From an uncultured Elusimicrobia bacterium (GTDB taxonomy: Bacteria > Elusimicrobiota > Elusimicrobia > Elusimicrobiales > UBA9959), in contig CAIXBR010000025.1 in the NCBI GenBank assembly GCA_903917735.1, forward strand, positions 9,761-73,760: DNA of 64,000 nucleotides, in the 5' to 3' direction. A program made the position numbers and the translations under genes. Shown here one piece after another: positions 1 to 7,777 of the stretch; position 1 is the stretch's first letter, and each line of letters starts with the position of its first letter. Below the pieces are notes generated by a model. That model made no database searches. It was given only the letters and a program-made list of their open reading frames with translations, and was not told where the DNA came from.

Positions 1-72
1 ATGTTCACTTCCTACCTTATTTTGCCGATGATGCCGCCGGGGTTATGGCATATTACAGGATATGACCCGCTG

Positions 73-1269
73 TTAAGGCGGAGGTATCGGGACCGGGAGG
101 ACGTCCTCGGTAAAAGGTTTTTTTAGGAAGCGCTCAATGGACTCGGTAAGTCCCCATTCGTCCTTATAAGCCTTAGCCTCGCGGTAGATCTCAAGCGCCT
201 TCGGGCGCATTCCCTTCAGGTCGTAAGCGTTGCCCAACTCGGCCAGCCCCCACACCGCCCAGCGCGCCGGGGGCCGGGCCGGGTCTTCTTTCAGCGTGGC
301 CGCCGCTTTGCCGAAATACTCCGCGGCCTTGTCGTAATCCTTCTGCGCCATGCAGATATCGCCTAGCGTGGTAAAAACGCGCGGCAGGAAAGACTTCCGG
401 TAGCCGGGTTTCTGATCGTAAATGTCCTGCAGGTAGTCCAGCGTCTCCTTAAGGGACTCGTCGTATTTCTTGTCCTCGTAAAGCGACACCACCTCTATGA
501 AATGCATCTGCGGCTGGCGGGGATAGGCCGCGCGCAGTTCCCGGGACCATTTCAGCGCGAGCTCAGTGTTGGCGTATTTGCCGCCGTGCTGCGTATAGAT
601 CTCTATAAGCAGCAGCTTCGCCGCGAACGCGTTAAAGTAGCCCTTGTCCTTGCACAAGGTCAGGTACGACATCCCTTTCTGCACTTCGCCCCGCATCAGG
701 ATTCTGGCGAAGAATTTGATGGCCCCCGGGAGCGTTCCGGCGTAATATTCGTAAAGTCCCAGGCCGAGATAGGCATCATAAAGTTCTGGGTTTATCTGAA
801 TGGCCTTGTTGGTGCTGGAAATGGCTTTTTTACCTTCGAAATACGCCGTTAGCCAGTGATGCTGCAGCACGGCCAGCCGGGCGCGCAGCCCGTACATGCC
901 GCCCATGGCCATGTATGCGTTGGCGTCGCCGGGATGTTTGCTTACCCATTTCTTGCCTATATCGATGGCCTTGTCCGTGAGCTGTGAGTATTCCTTGTCC
1001 AGGCGGGGGTCGGACTCTTCCTCCAGATACTCCAGGTTGGCCCATTTAGCCATGGCTATGCCGAAATGCGGGAACGGATGGTCCGGGTATTTCTGCAGGG
1101 CCAGGTTGAAATTCTTTTCGGCCTCGTCTATGTCTACGGCGTAGATGGCGTCAATTCCCTTCCTGGAAAGAAGGCGCAGGTCATCGGGCAGCGGCTCGTA
1201 GGCGGGCTTGGACGCCGCTATCCCGGACATCAGGCAGATCAGGGCGGCGGAGAGAAATAGTTTGTTCAT
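73..1269 (-). CDS. Secreted TPR-repeat protein
   Basis: ORF 73..1332. Start moved to the internal ATG at 1269 because MNKLFLSAALICLMSGIAAS is a signal-peptide-like N-terminus. The rest is a chain of ~34-aa helical hairpins with TPR spacing (AEKNFNLALQKYPDHP, DAYLGLGLYEYYAG, KAAEYFGKAAATLKE, LGNAYDLKGMRPKALEIYREA). Confidence 0.7.
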   Translation of the reverse strand: MNKLFLSAALICLMSGIAASKPAYEPLPDDLRLLSRKGIDAIYAVDIDEAEKNFNLALQKYPDHPFPHFGIAMAKWANLEYLEEESDPRLDKEYSQLTDKAIDIGKKWVSKHPGDANAYMAMGGMYGLRARLAVLQHHWLTAYFEGKKAISSTNKAIQINPELYDAYLGLGLYEYYAGTLPGAIKFFARILMRGEVQKGMSYLTLCKDKGYFNAFAAKLLLIEIYTQHGGKYANTELALKWSRELRAAYPRQPQMHFIEVVSLYEDKKYDESLKETLDYLQDIYDQKPGYRKSFLPRVFTTLGDICMAQKDYDKAAEYFGKAAATLKEDPARPPARWAVWGLAELGNAYDLKGMRPKALEIYREAKAYKDEWGLTESIERFLKKPFTEDVLPVPIPPP

Positions 1270-1412
1270 AATTAGGGCTTCGCATCGGCGCTTCACCTTT
1301 TGTATTATAAATACTACGGGGTGCTTTGGCAAATCTCGCGGTGCCGGCGCCGGTGGGGGAAACTATAAGGCAGGCGCGAATGCCTGGCCGGGAGGTGTAT
1401 CGAAGTAAGTCT

Positions 1413-2531
1413 ATGAAGGATTTTGCCATCCATATAAACCGCAGCGAAATGAAGCTGGGCAACGAGATCCCGCTTCTGTTGAAACTGCGGCTGAAGAACC
1501 TCTTTAAAAGAAATGTCAAAGCCGAAGGCAGGACGCTTGTAATAAACACCTGTATCATCGGCGATTTCCTTGCCACCCTGCCCGCGCTTAGAACATATAT
1601 CGAAAGTACCGGCCGCAGCGTGGACCTTGTCGTCTCTCCGCCGCTAAAACACCTTGCGGAGGCTATCAGGGGCGTTGACCATGTTTTTACGGCGAGATCG
1701 GTCTGGGACCGGCTCATAGAACACGCCGGCGGCAATAAAGCCCCGGGCGGAGAATACGCCCATGTGCAACTTTTAAGAACAAGCCCCGACGCCGATTCCC
1801 TGCTTAAGCGCATAAAATATTCCAGCCTCGGCACCTACGAGGGCCCGTATTTCAAATATATCGTACATCTCGTTAAAAGCATCTTGTTCAAAACCCCTCT
1901 CAAACAATGGCGCGAGGTCAGCTATGAGTTCGTCGGCCTGAAAGAGCCCGCCCGGAGGCCGGGGTTCGAGGACATATTCGGCTTCTCAGAAATAGATATT
2001 TCCGCCGCCGCCGCCCTCCCGGAACTGTCGGGCGGGGAGAAGAAGGTCCTGATCCATTCCGGCTCCGGCTGGCACATAAAATTGTGGGAGAACGCGAAGT
2101 GGGCGGACCTGCTGAGAAAGATACACGGGTCCGGGAACTATAAAATCATATTTATAGGCAGCGGCGCTTTCGAGGAGGCGTCCTTTAACCAGATCCGTGA
2201 TAGCCTGGATTTCAAGATCTATTCCCTGGTAAACAAAATAGATATCGGTACCACAATGCTGGTAATGCGGCTGTGCGATTATTTTATCGGCATTGACAGC
2301 GGGCCGCGGAACATGGCCCACCTGGCGGACCTGCGCAGCATAACCCTGCTGGGCCCGGCCCCCAACAACTTCATGCCGGTCAACCCGGACGATATCGTGA
2401 TAAACAAGTTCGACTGCAGATGCAAGAGCCTTTTTTATCTGCACAAGATCTCCGGCATGCAGAAGATCTCCGCGGACGAGGTTTTTGAAAATTTCAGGAA
2501 ACTTGCAAAAAGCAAGTCCGGGCGTAACTGA
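1413..2531 (+). CDS. Glycosyltransferase family 9 (LPS heptosyltransferase-like)
   Basis: ORF 1326..2531. Start placed at ATG 1413 (MKDFAI...); 1326 is not excluded. GT9-type motifs are present: LVINTCIIGDFLATLPALR near the N-terminus, KVLIHSGSGWHIKLWENAKWADLL in the middle, and YFIGIDSGPRNMAHL (DSGxxH) near the C-terminus. Confidence 0.7.
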   Translation: MKDFAIHINRSEMKLGNEIPLLLKLRLKNLFKRNVKAEGRTLVINTCIIGDFLATLPALRTYIESTGRSVDLVVSPPLKHLAEAIRGVDHVFTARSVWDRLIEHAGGNKAPGGEYAHVQLLRTSPDADSLLKRIKYSSLGTYEGPYFKYIVHLVKSILFKTPLKQWREVSYEFVGLKEPARRPGFEDIFGFSEIDISAAAALPELSGGEKKVLIHSGSGWHIKLWENAKWADLLRKIHGSGNYKIIFIGSGAFEEASFNQIRDSLDFKIYSLVNKIDIGTTMLVMRLCDYFIGIDSGPRNMAHLADLRSITLLGPAPNNFMPVNPDDIVINKFDCRCKSLFYLHKISGMQKISADEVFENFRKLAKSKSGRN

Positions 2532-2580
2532 GCCGGACCGGCAGGTTTTTTTCGGCTAAGGCGGATTTTAAGGAGCTACG

Positions 2581-3006
2581 ATGAACCTACACTCGTGCAG
2601 ATCCAGGATCCTGGCGTTAGTACTTATGGTCTCAGTGTCGCAGACGGCCTGGTCGGGCAGGCTGGACGTGGACATTACCCAGGTAAGCCCTACTAAAGCG
2701 TTCATCTATTGCCTTGCCTTCCCCGGCGGCGGGCACTACTATCTCTCTAAGATAAATCCGGAATATAAGAACAAATTCTATTTTTTCCTGGGGCTGGGGA
2801 TCGCGTCGGGCGCCCTGATGTATACCCAGACCAGGGTAAAGAACAACGCCTTTCTGGTGCCGACCTTTATGTTCGTAGGCGGCTTGAAACTGTGGGAGTT
2901 CGGGTCCGCTAACGACGGAGCGGAAAAAGAAAGGCTCAAATGGATGGAAGAGCATTTTAAAACCAGCGGCACCGCCGCCCCTCCCGTGAACGCTTCCGGG
3001 AAATAG
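2581..3006 (+). CDS. Hypothetical small membrane protein
   Basis: The ATG is preceded by AAGGAG 5 nt upstream. Signal/TM-like N-terminus (ILALVLMVSVSQTAWS) plus two further hydrophobic segments. No family recognised. Confidence 0.55.
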   Translation: MNLHSCRSRILALVLMVSVSQTAWSGRLDVDITQVSPTKAFIYCLAFPGGGHYYLSKINPEYKNKFYFFLGLGIASGALMYTQTRVKNNAFLVPTFMFVGGLKLWEFGSANDGAEKERLKWMEEHFKTSGTAAPPVNASGK

Positions 3007-3040
3007 CCTTAAACCGCGCGCCGCATCACGCTACGGACCC

Positions 3041-3682
3041 ATGGAAATACCTCTTTTGATCGCCACCGCCTGGCTTATCGGTTTCATAACCGCCATACCG
3101 CTGGGCGCGACGCAGATAGAGATAGCGAAACGCGCCCTGCGCGGCTACATGCGGCAGGCCATGATGATCGCGTTCGGGTCCGCGGCTTCGGATATTATGT
3201 ACGGGCTTATAGCTATGTTCGGTATTGCCCCGTTCCTGCGGGACAACAGGGTGATGACGGCTTTCTGGCTGATCAGCTGGGTGCTGCTTATCGCCCTCGG
3301 CGTTTTTACGCTGCTCCACCACAGCAGGCATATAAACCTGAAACAGTCCGAAAAGGTACTGGGCAGCACCCGGCTGGCGCTGCTCCTTGGTTTCTCGCTG
3401 GCGGTTACGAATTCCCCGATAATGCTGTGGTGGCTGCTCTACGCGGAATTTATCAAGAAGCTCGGGATACTCTCCGTCTTTACGGCAAAAACCTCGGTCG
3501 TTTTCGTGGTTTCCGGAGGGCTGGGGATCGCCTCCTACCTTATCCTGCTTTCCTTCATCCTAAGGCGCGTCGGGAAATTCATCTCGAAAAAAGCGGAGGC
3601 TGCCATCAACATCTCGTTAGGGATAGTGCTGCTCCTCTTGTCGTGCTATCCGCTGGTAAAGGTCCTGCAGTTGTTCCGCTAG
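3041..3682 (+). CDS. LysE/RhtB-type exporter-like membrane protein
   Basis: 213 aa with about six hydrophobic helices. The N-terminal helix LLIATAWLIGFITAIPLGATQIEIAKRAL resembles the first helix of LysE-family translocators. The family call is by recollection, not by search. Confidence 0.5.
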   Translation: MEIPLLIATAWLIGFITAIPLGATQIEIAKRALRGYMRQAMMIAFGSAASDIMYGLIAMFGIAPFLRDNRVMTAFWLISWVLLIALGVFTLLHHSRHINLKQSEKVLGSTRLALLLGFSLAVTNSPIMLWWLLYAEFIKKLGILSVFTAKTSVVFVVSGGLGIASYLILLSFILRRVGKFISKKAEAAINISLGIVLLLLSCYPLVKVLQLFR

Positions 3683-3688
3683 GAGCTC

Positions 3689-4813
3689 TTATTTAAAAAG
3701 TTTAGTGTAGCAGCGCCTTCTTTTATGCTGTTCGTTCTTATAATATTTCCATTGCCCCCGTACGTCCCTGTTCAGCTCAAGCTCCGGGGCCGCATACACC
3801 GTTTTGATTCCGTGGTCGATGCAGGCCTGCTGCGCTTCGCGCATCAGGATGGCGTTAACGCCTTTGCCCTGCATGTCTGGCCGCACCGCGATAAGGTAAA
3901 GATCCAGCACCTCGCTGCGCCTGATCGCGTTCAGAAGATGCAGAAAACCGAAAGGCAGCAGATTGCCCTTTGACTTTTGCAGGGCTTTTGACAAAGACGG
4001 CATGGAAATGGCGACCGCCGCCAGTTCGTTCTTGCCGTCGGCGACCAGTTGTATGAAATCAGGGTTCACAAAAGAGAAATACTGTTTGGTATAAGCCGCT
4101 ATCTGCCTTTCCGAAAGCGCCACAAAGCCGAACAAGTCCTTGTACCCGTCGTTCAGCAGCTCGAACATCTTTTTAGCGTAGGGCAGCACGTCTTTGGACC
4201 TTTTAAGGCGCACCACCTTGAGTTTCAAGCGGCGTTCGGCGATATTCGCTATCCTGAGGATATCCGGCTGAACCGTGTCCGGGATATGGATCCTGTATTC
4301 AACCCAGTCCACTTCTTTCGCGTAGCCCAGCCGCCCCAGATAATCCGGATAATACGGGTGGTTGTAGATGGTGGGCAAGGTCCCCAGCTCGCTGAAGCCC
4401 TCCACGAGCATGCCTTCTTTGTCAAAATCGGTAAAGCCCATCGGACCCTGGATCCCGGTCATGCCCTGTTCCTGGGCCCAGGACTCGACGGCATTGAATA
4501 AGGCCCCGGCGACCTCAATATCCTCCGTAAAATCCAGCCAGCCGAAGCGCGCGTATTTGTTCTTCCAGATCTCTATGTAGCGGTCGTTAATAATGCCCGC
4601 GACCCTGCCGACAATTTCTTTCCCTCTATACGCAAGAAAATACTTGGTCCTGCAAAAATCAAAAGCTGGATTCTTTTTAGAGTCCAGAGTCGCTATCTCG
4701 TCAAAATACAGGGCGGGAACCCAGAAAGGGCTGGCCTTGTACAGACTATTGGGGAACTCAATGAACCGCTTCAGCTGCTTTTTGGTTTTAACTTCTTCTA
4801 TTCGTATAGACAT
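3689..4813 (-). CDS. GNAT-like N-acetyltransferase (374-aa family)
   Basis: The N-terminus KKQLKRFIEFPNSLYKASPFWVPALYFDE and the C-terminal acyl-CoA-binding-like segment IAVRPDMQGKGVNAILM (Q/RxxGxG/A GNAT motif A) match a widespread uncharacterised GNAT family. Confidence 0.55.
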   Translation of the reverse strand: MSIRIEEVKTKKQLKRFIEFPNSLYKASPFWVPALYFDEIATLDSKKNPAFDFCRTKYFLAYRGKEIVGRVAGIINDRYIEIWKNKYARFGWLDFTEDIEVAGALFNAVESWAQEQGMTGIQGPMGFTDFDKEGMLVEGFSELGTLPTIYNHPYYPDYLGRLGYAKEVDWVEYRIHIPDTVQPDILRIANIAERRLKLKVVRLKRSKDVLPYAKKMFELLNDGYKDLFGFVALSERQIAAYTKQYFSFVNPDFIQLVADGKNELAAVAISMPSLSKALQKSKGNLLPFGFLHLLNAIRRSEVLDLYLIAVRPDMQGKGVNAILMREAQQACIDHGIKTVYAAPELELNRDVRGQWKYYKNEQHKRRRCYTKLFK

Positions 4814-5204
4814 TGATGGGTTTTATCCGTGGAATTCTTTTCACGTTTCGGCCGGCGGCTCACTGGTTAAGTCGGCTGACAGCGTAGTGATTTAATAATA
4901 GTACCAAAATTACGCACAGTTTTTCCCATTCTGTAAACCCGTTTGAATTATAAAGCTGCGGCGAGGATCGCCTCGCCATCCCCGCATGTACAGCGAGATC
5001 TTAACCCGGGCAGGCGGCTTTACACCTCTCGCTGGCAGGGTTGAAACTCACTGCAATTACCAGGGGCAGTTATGGGTGTCAATAAAAGCAGTCGTATCTG
5101 AAAAATAGCCACCTAAACTGGCCACCTGACACCGTTTTCCGCTCGTCTTTTTCGGAAGAAATTTTGAATTATCTTTGAAATTACTATATAATTGATACTT
5201 AGTT

Positions 5205-5277
5205 GCCGAGGTAGCTCAACTGGTAGAGCGTTCGCTTCGTAAGCGATAGGTTGTGGGTTCAAGTCCCATCCTCGGCT
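5205..5277 (+). tRNA. trnT: tRNA-Thr (anticodon CGU)
   Basis: Hand-folded cloverleaf. Acceptor GCCGAGG/CCTCGGC, D-arm GCTC-AACTGGTA-GAGC, anticodon stem TTCGC/GCGAT with loop TT-CGT-AA, T-arm GTGGG-TTCAAGT-CCCAT, discriminator T. No encoded CCA. Confidence 0.9.
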
Positions 5278-5343
5278 GAAGATTTTTAGCTATCGGGATT
5301 TGACAAAGCCGTCTTTTCCGTCTGCCGCCTGGTTTCGCGTATC

Positions 5344-7761
5344 ATGGCAAAAAAAAACAATCCGCCCGTTTCAGAACTTGACGACATAAAACTTCCTCCC
5401 GGCGTGAGTCTCGCTCGCAAAGCCATCTGGTGGTGGCTGCCGCTGCTGTACCTCCTTATTTCCGATACCTTCTACCTGCGCACCTACGATTCCGCCCAGG
5501 TAAAGATAACGCTGCTGCAGATGGGAGGCATAGGCATGCTTGGCCTGTGGATATCCCTGCTTATATTGGAAGGCCGGCGCGCTTTCCGCCGAGAGGACTT
5601 CATCTTCCTGGCTCCGTTCTTCGCCTACCTGCTGTACGTGGTGGTTTCCTTCTTCCACGCCCCGTACATGGGGTCCTGCGTGGACGACTTCGTCCGCTAT
5701 CTCCTTTACATGTCGGTCACCCTTATTGTGATAAGGGAGTTCTCACAGGAAGCCATAGACAGGCTGACCAAGATACTACTGATTACGGCCTACATAGCCA
5801 TACTTTACGGCGTGGTGCAGTTCCTGGACACGCGCTTCTTCCCGCCCAAAGACCAGGGGCCAGGACTTGATCCGTTCGTGTGGCGCTGGGCTTTCGGGCC
5901 GCGCGTGTTCTCCACCTACGGCAACCCCAACTTCTTCGGCAATTTCCTAGTGCTGATCCTGCCCATAATAGTTACGCAGTACCTAAAGCGCAAGTCCATT
6001 CTGCTGCTGCCGCTCATTTTCATGGACCTGCTCTGCCTCTACGGCACGCAGACCAAGGGCGCCTTCCTGGGCTTCGGCATTTCCGCGTTCCTTTTCGTCG
6101 TTTTCTACAGCTACTTCTTCCTGAGCGACCGCCTTAAGATCAACAGGGGGAAACTCCTTGCCATAGCCTGTATAATACCCTTATGCGCTTTTTTCGTGAT
6201 TTGCCATCTGGGCAACGCGCTGTCATACAGTTTCCGCATAAATACCTGGCTTTCCACCTGGGAGATGCTGGAATCGCACCCGCTGGTGGGCGTGGGAGTA
6301 GGCAGCTTCAAGGTGGTTTACCCGACGTACCGCCGGCCGGCCATTTTTCACATAGAGGGCAAGCATAACACCGAAACGGACCACGCGGAGGAAGAACACC
6401 TGGAACAGTGGATGGACAACGGGACGATAGGCTTCGGCCTTTACATCTGGATGATAGTGTTCGTTACGATAGTCGGGCTGCGGGGCCTGAGCGCGTATAC
6501 TGAAGGGCTGAAGGGCGCCCGGCCGCCTCCGGTAGCTTACGATCTGCTCGGCTACCTTACCTCCCTGCTGGGCATGCTGGCCCACAATTTTACAGACGTG
6601 AGCATGCGCTTCGTTTCCTCGGGAATATTTCTGGGCCTGCTGCCGGGAGTTATTATCAACCTGTCCCGCGGCCACGCGCTCTGGGAGCTGCACTACAAGG
6701 AAGAGGGACCGTCTTCCCGCTCCGAATCCGAAAAGAAGGCGGAACCGGACGGGGCCTATACCTGGGCCTTGTGGCTGGCCCGGGCGGCCGGCGTGGCCGG
6801 GGTCATCTACGCCGCCTACCTGGTGGTGGGAGAATTCAGCGAACTGCAGGGCCCGCTGCGCAACTACATAGCCTCTGGGGAGATACTGCAGTGGTATATA
6901 GCCTGGATGCTTTTGCTCGGCTGCGTGGGCTTTTTCGTGTACTCCTTCTGTGGAGTGATGCTGAAGGGCGCTTCGGCCGTAGTGCCGGTAGTGGTGCTGG
7001 TCACGCTTCTCCCGATGTATTACTTCTGGGGCTGGTTCAAGGGAGACGTCTACCACAACATGGCGATCTTCTTCTCCAAGCAGGGCAAGTGGGAGGACGC
7101 GATCAGCTATTACGAGAAGGTAAATAAGCTGGACAAGTATTTCATAATGCCCTACTATTTCACCGGCAACGTCTTCAACGACCGGTTCAACATGGAGAAG
7201 GCCTACCATCCCGAGTGGGGGGACAAGAACGGCGAAGCCCGCACCGATTTCGACAGGGCGATGGCCTCCTACGAGGCTGTGCGGTCTATAGCGCCCAACT
7301 ACGTGCAGATGCACCACCAGGTGGGCACGCTGTACATGAAGATGGCCGAATACCTTTCGCACAATAACCAGCCCGCGCAAGCGCAGAAGTACCTGGATAT
7401 GGCGCTGGCCCGGTTCAATCTCTACGAAAACCTGGACCCGGTCTACCCGATTAACTACTACAGGAAAGCGCAGATATATGTAATGCGACAGGACTTTAAG
7501 TCCGCCGAGCGGGAATATCTCAACAATCTGAACGCCTGGAAGTGCCACATACCGGGGCACCTGCACGATACGGCCGAGGCCTATACAAATCTCGGCAATG
7601 TTGAATACGCCATGGGTAAGTTCCGCGAAGCCGCGGACTACTATACCCTGGCCCTGCAGAAGGACCCTGCTTTCGAGCAGGCCAAGCGCAACCTGCCTAT
7701 AGCGCAGAGCCGCGTTCAGACCCGGACGCCGAGCCCGCTTATGGTTCCCGTACGCAGATAG
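5344..7761 (+). CDS. O-antigen-ligase-family (Wzy_C) polytopic membrane protein with C-terminal TPR domain
   Basis: More than 10 hydrophobic helices. Wzy_C-like core (YGNPNFFGNFLVLILPI, GTQTKGAFLGFG, HPLVGVGVGSFKVVYP, HAEEEHLEQWMDNGTIGFGLYIWM). The C-terminal ~250 aa are TPR (WEDAISYYEKVNKLD, AEAYTNLGNVEYAMGKFREAADYYTLALQKDP). Confidence 0.8.
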   Translation: MAKKNNPPVSELDDIKLPPGVSLARKAIWWWLPLLYLLISDTFYLRTYDSAQVKITLLQMGGIGMLGLWISLLILEGRRAFRREDFIFLAPFFAYLLYVVVSFFHAPYMGSCVDDFVRYLLYMSVTLIVIREFSQEAIDRLTKILLITAYIAILYGVVQFLDTRFFPPKDQGPGLDPFVWRWAFGPRVFSTYGNPNFFGNFLVLILPIIVTQYLKRKSILLLPLIFMDLLCLYGTQTKGAFLGFGISAFLFVVFYSYFFLSDRLKINRGKLLAIACIIPLCAFFVICHLGNALSYSFRINTWLSTWEMLESHPLVGVGVGSFKVVYPTYRRPAIFHIEGKHNTETDHAEEEHLEQWMDNGTIGFGLYIWMIVFVTIVGLRGLSAYTEGLKGARPPPVAYDLLGYLTSLLGMLAHNFTDVSMRFVSSGIFLGLLPGVIINLSRGHALWELHYKEEGPSSRSESEKKAEPDGAYTWALWLARAAGVAGVIYAAYLVVGEFSELQGPLRNYIASGEILQWYIAWMLLLGCVGFFVYSFCGVMLKGASAVVPVVVLVTLLPMYYFWGWFKGDVYHNMAIFFSKQGKWEDAISYYEKVNKLDKYFIMPYYFTGNVFNDRFNMEKAYHPEWGDKNGEARTDFDRAMASYEAVRSIAPNYVQMHHQVGTLYMKMAEYLSHNNQPAQAQKYLDMALARFNLYENLDPVYPINYYRKAQIYVMRQDFKSAEREYLNNLNAWKCHIPGHLHDTAEAYTNLGNVEYAMGKFREAADYYTLALQKDPAFEQAKRNLPIAQSRVQTRTPSPLMVPVRR

Positions 7762-7777
7762 CGGCGGTACAAGGATA

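Noticed and set aside
5300-5343. TTGACA hexamer upstream of the first Wzy_C-TPR gene as a promoter -35
   Set aside because: No acceptable -10 lies at 16-19 nt. The nearest TATCAT is 34 nt away, so a promoter cannot be supported from sequence.
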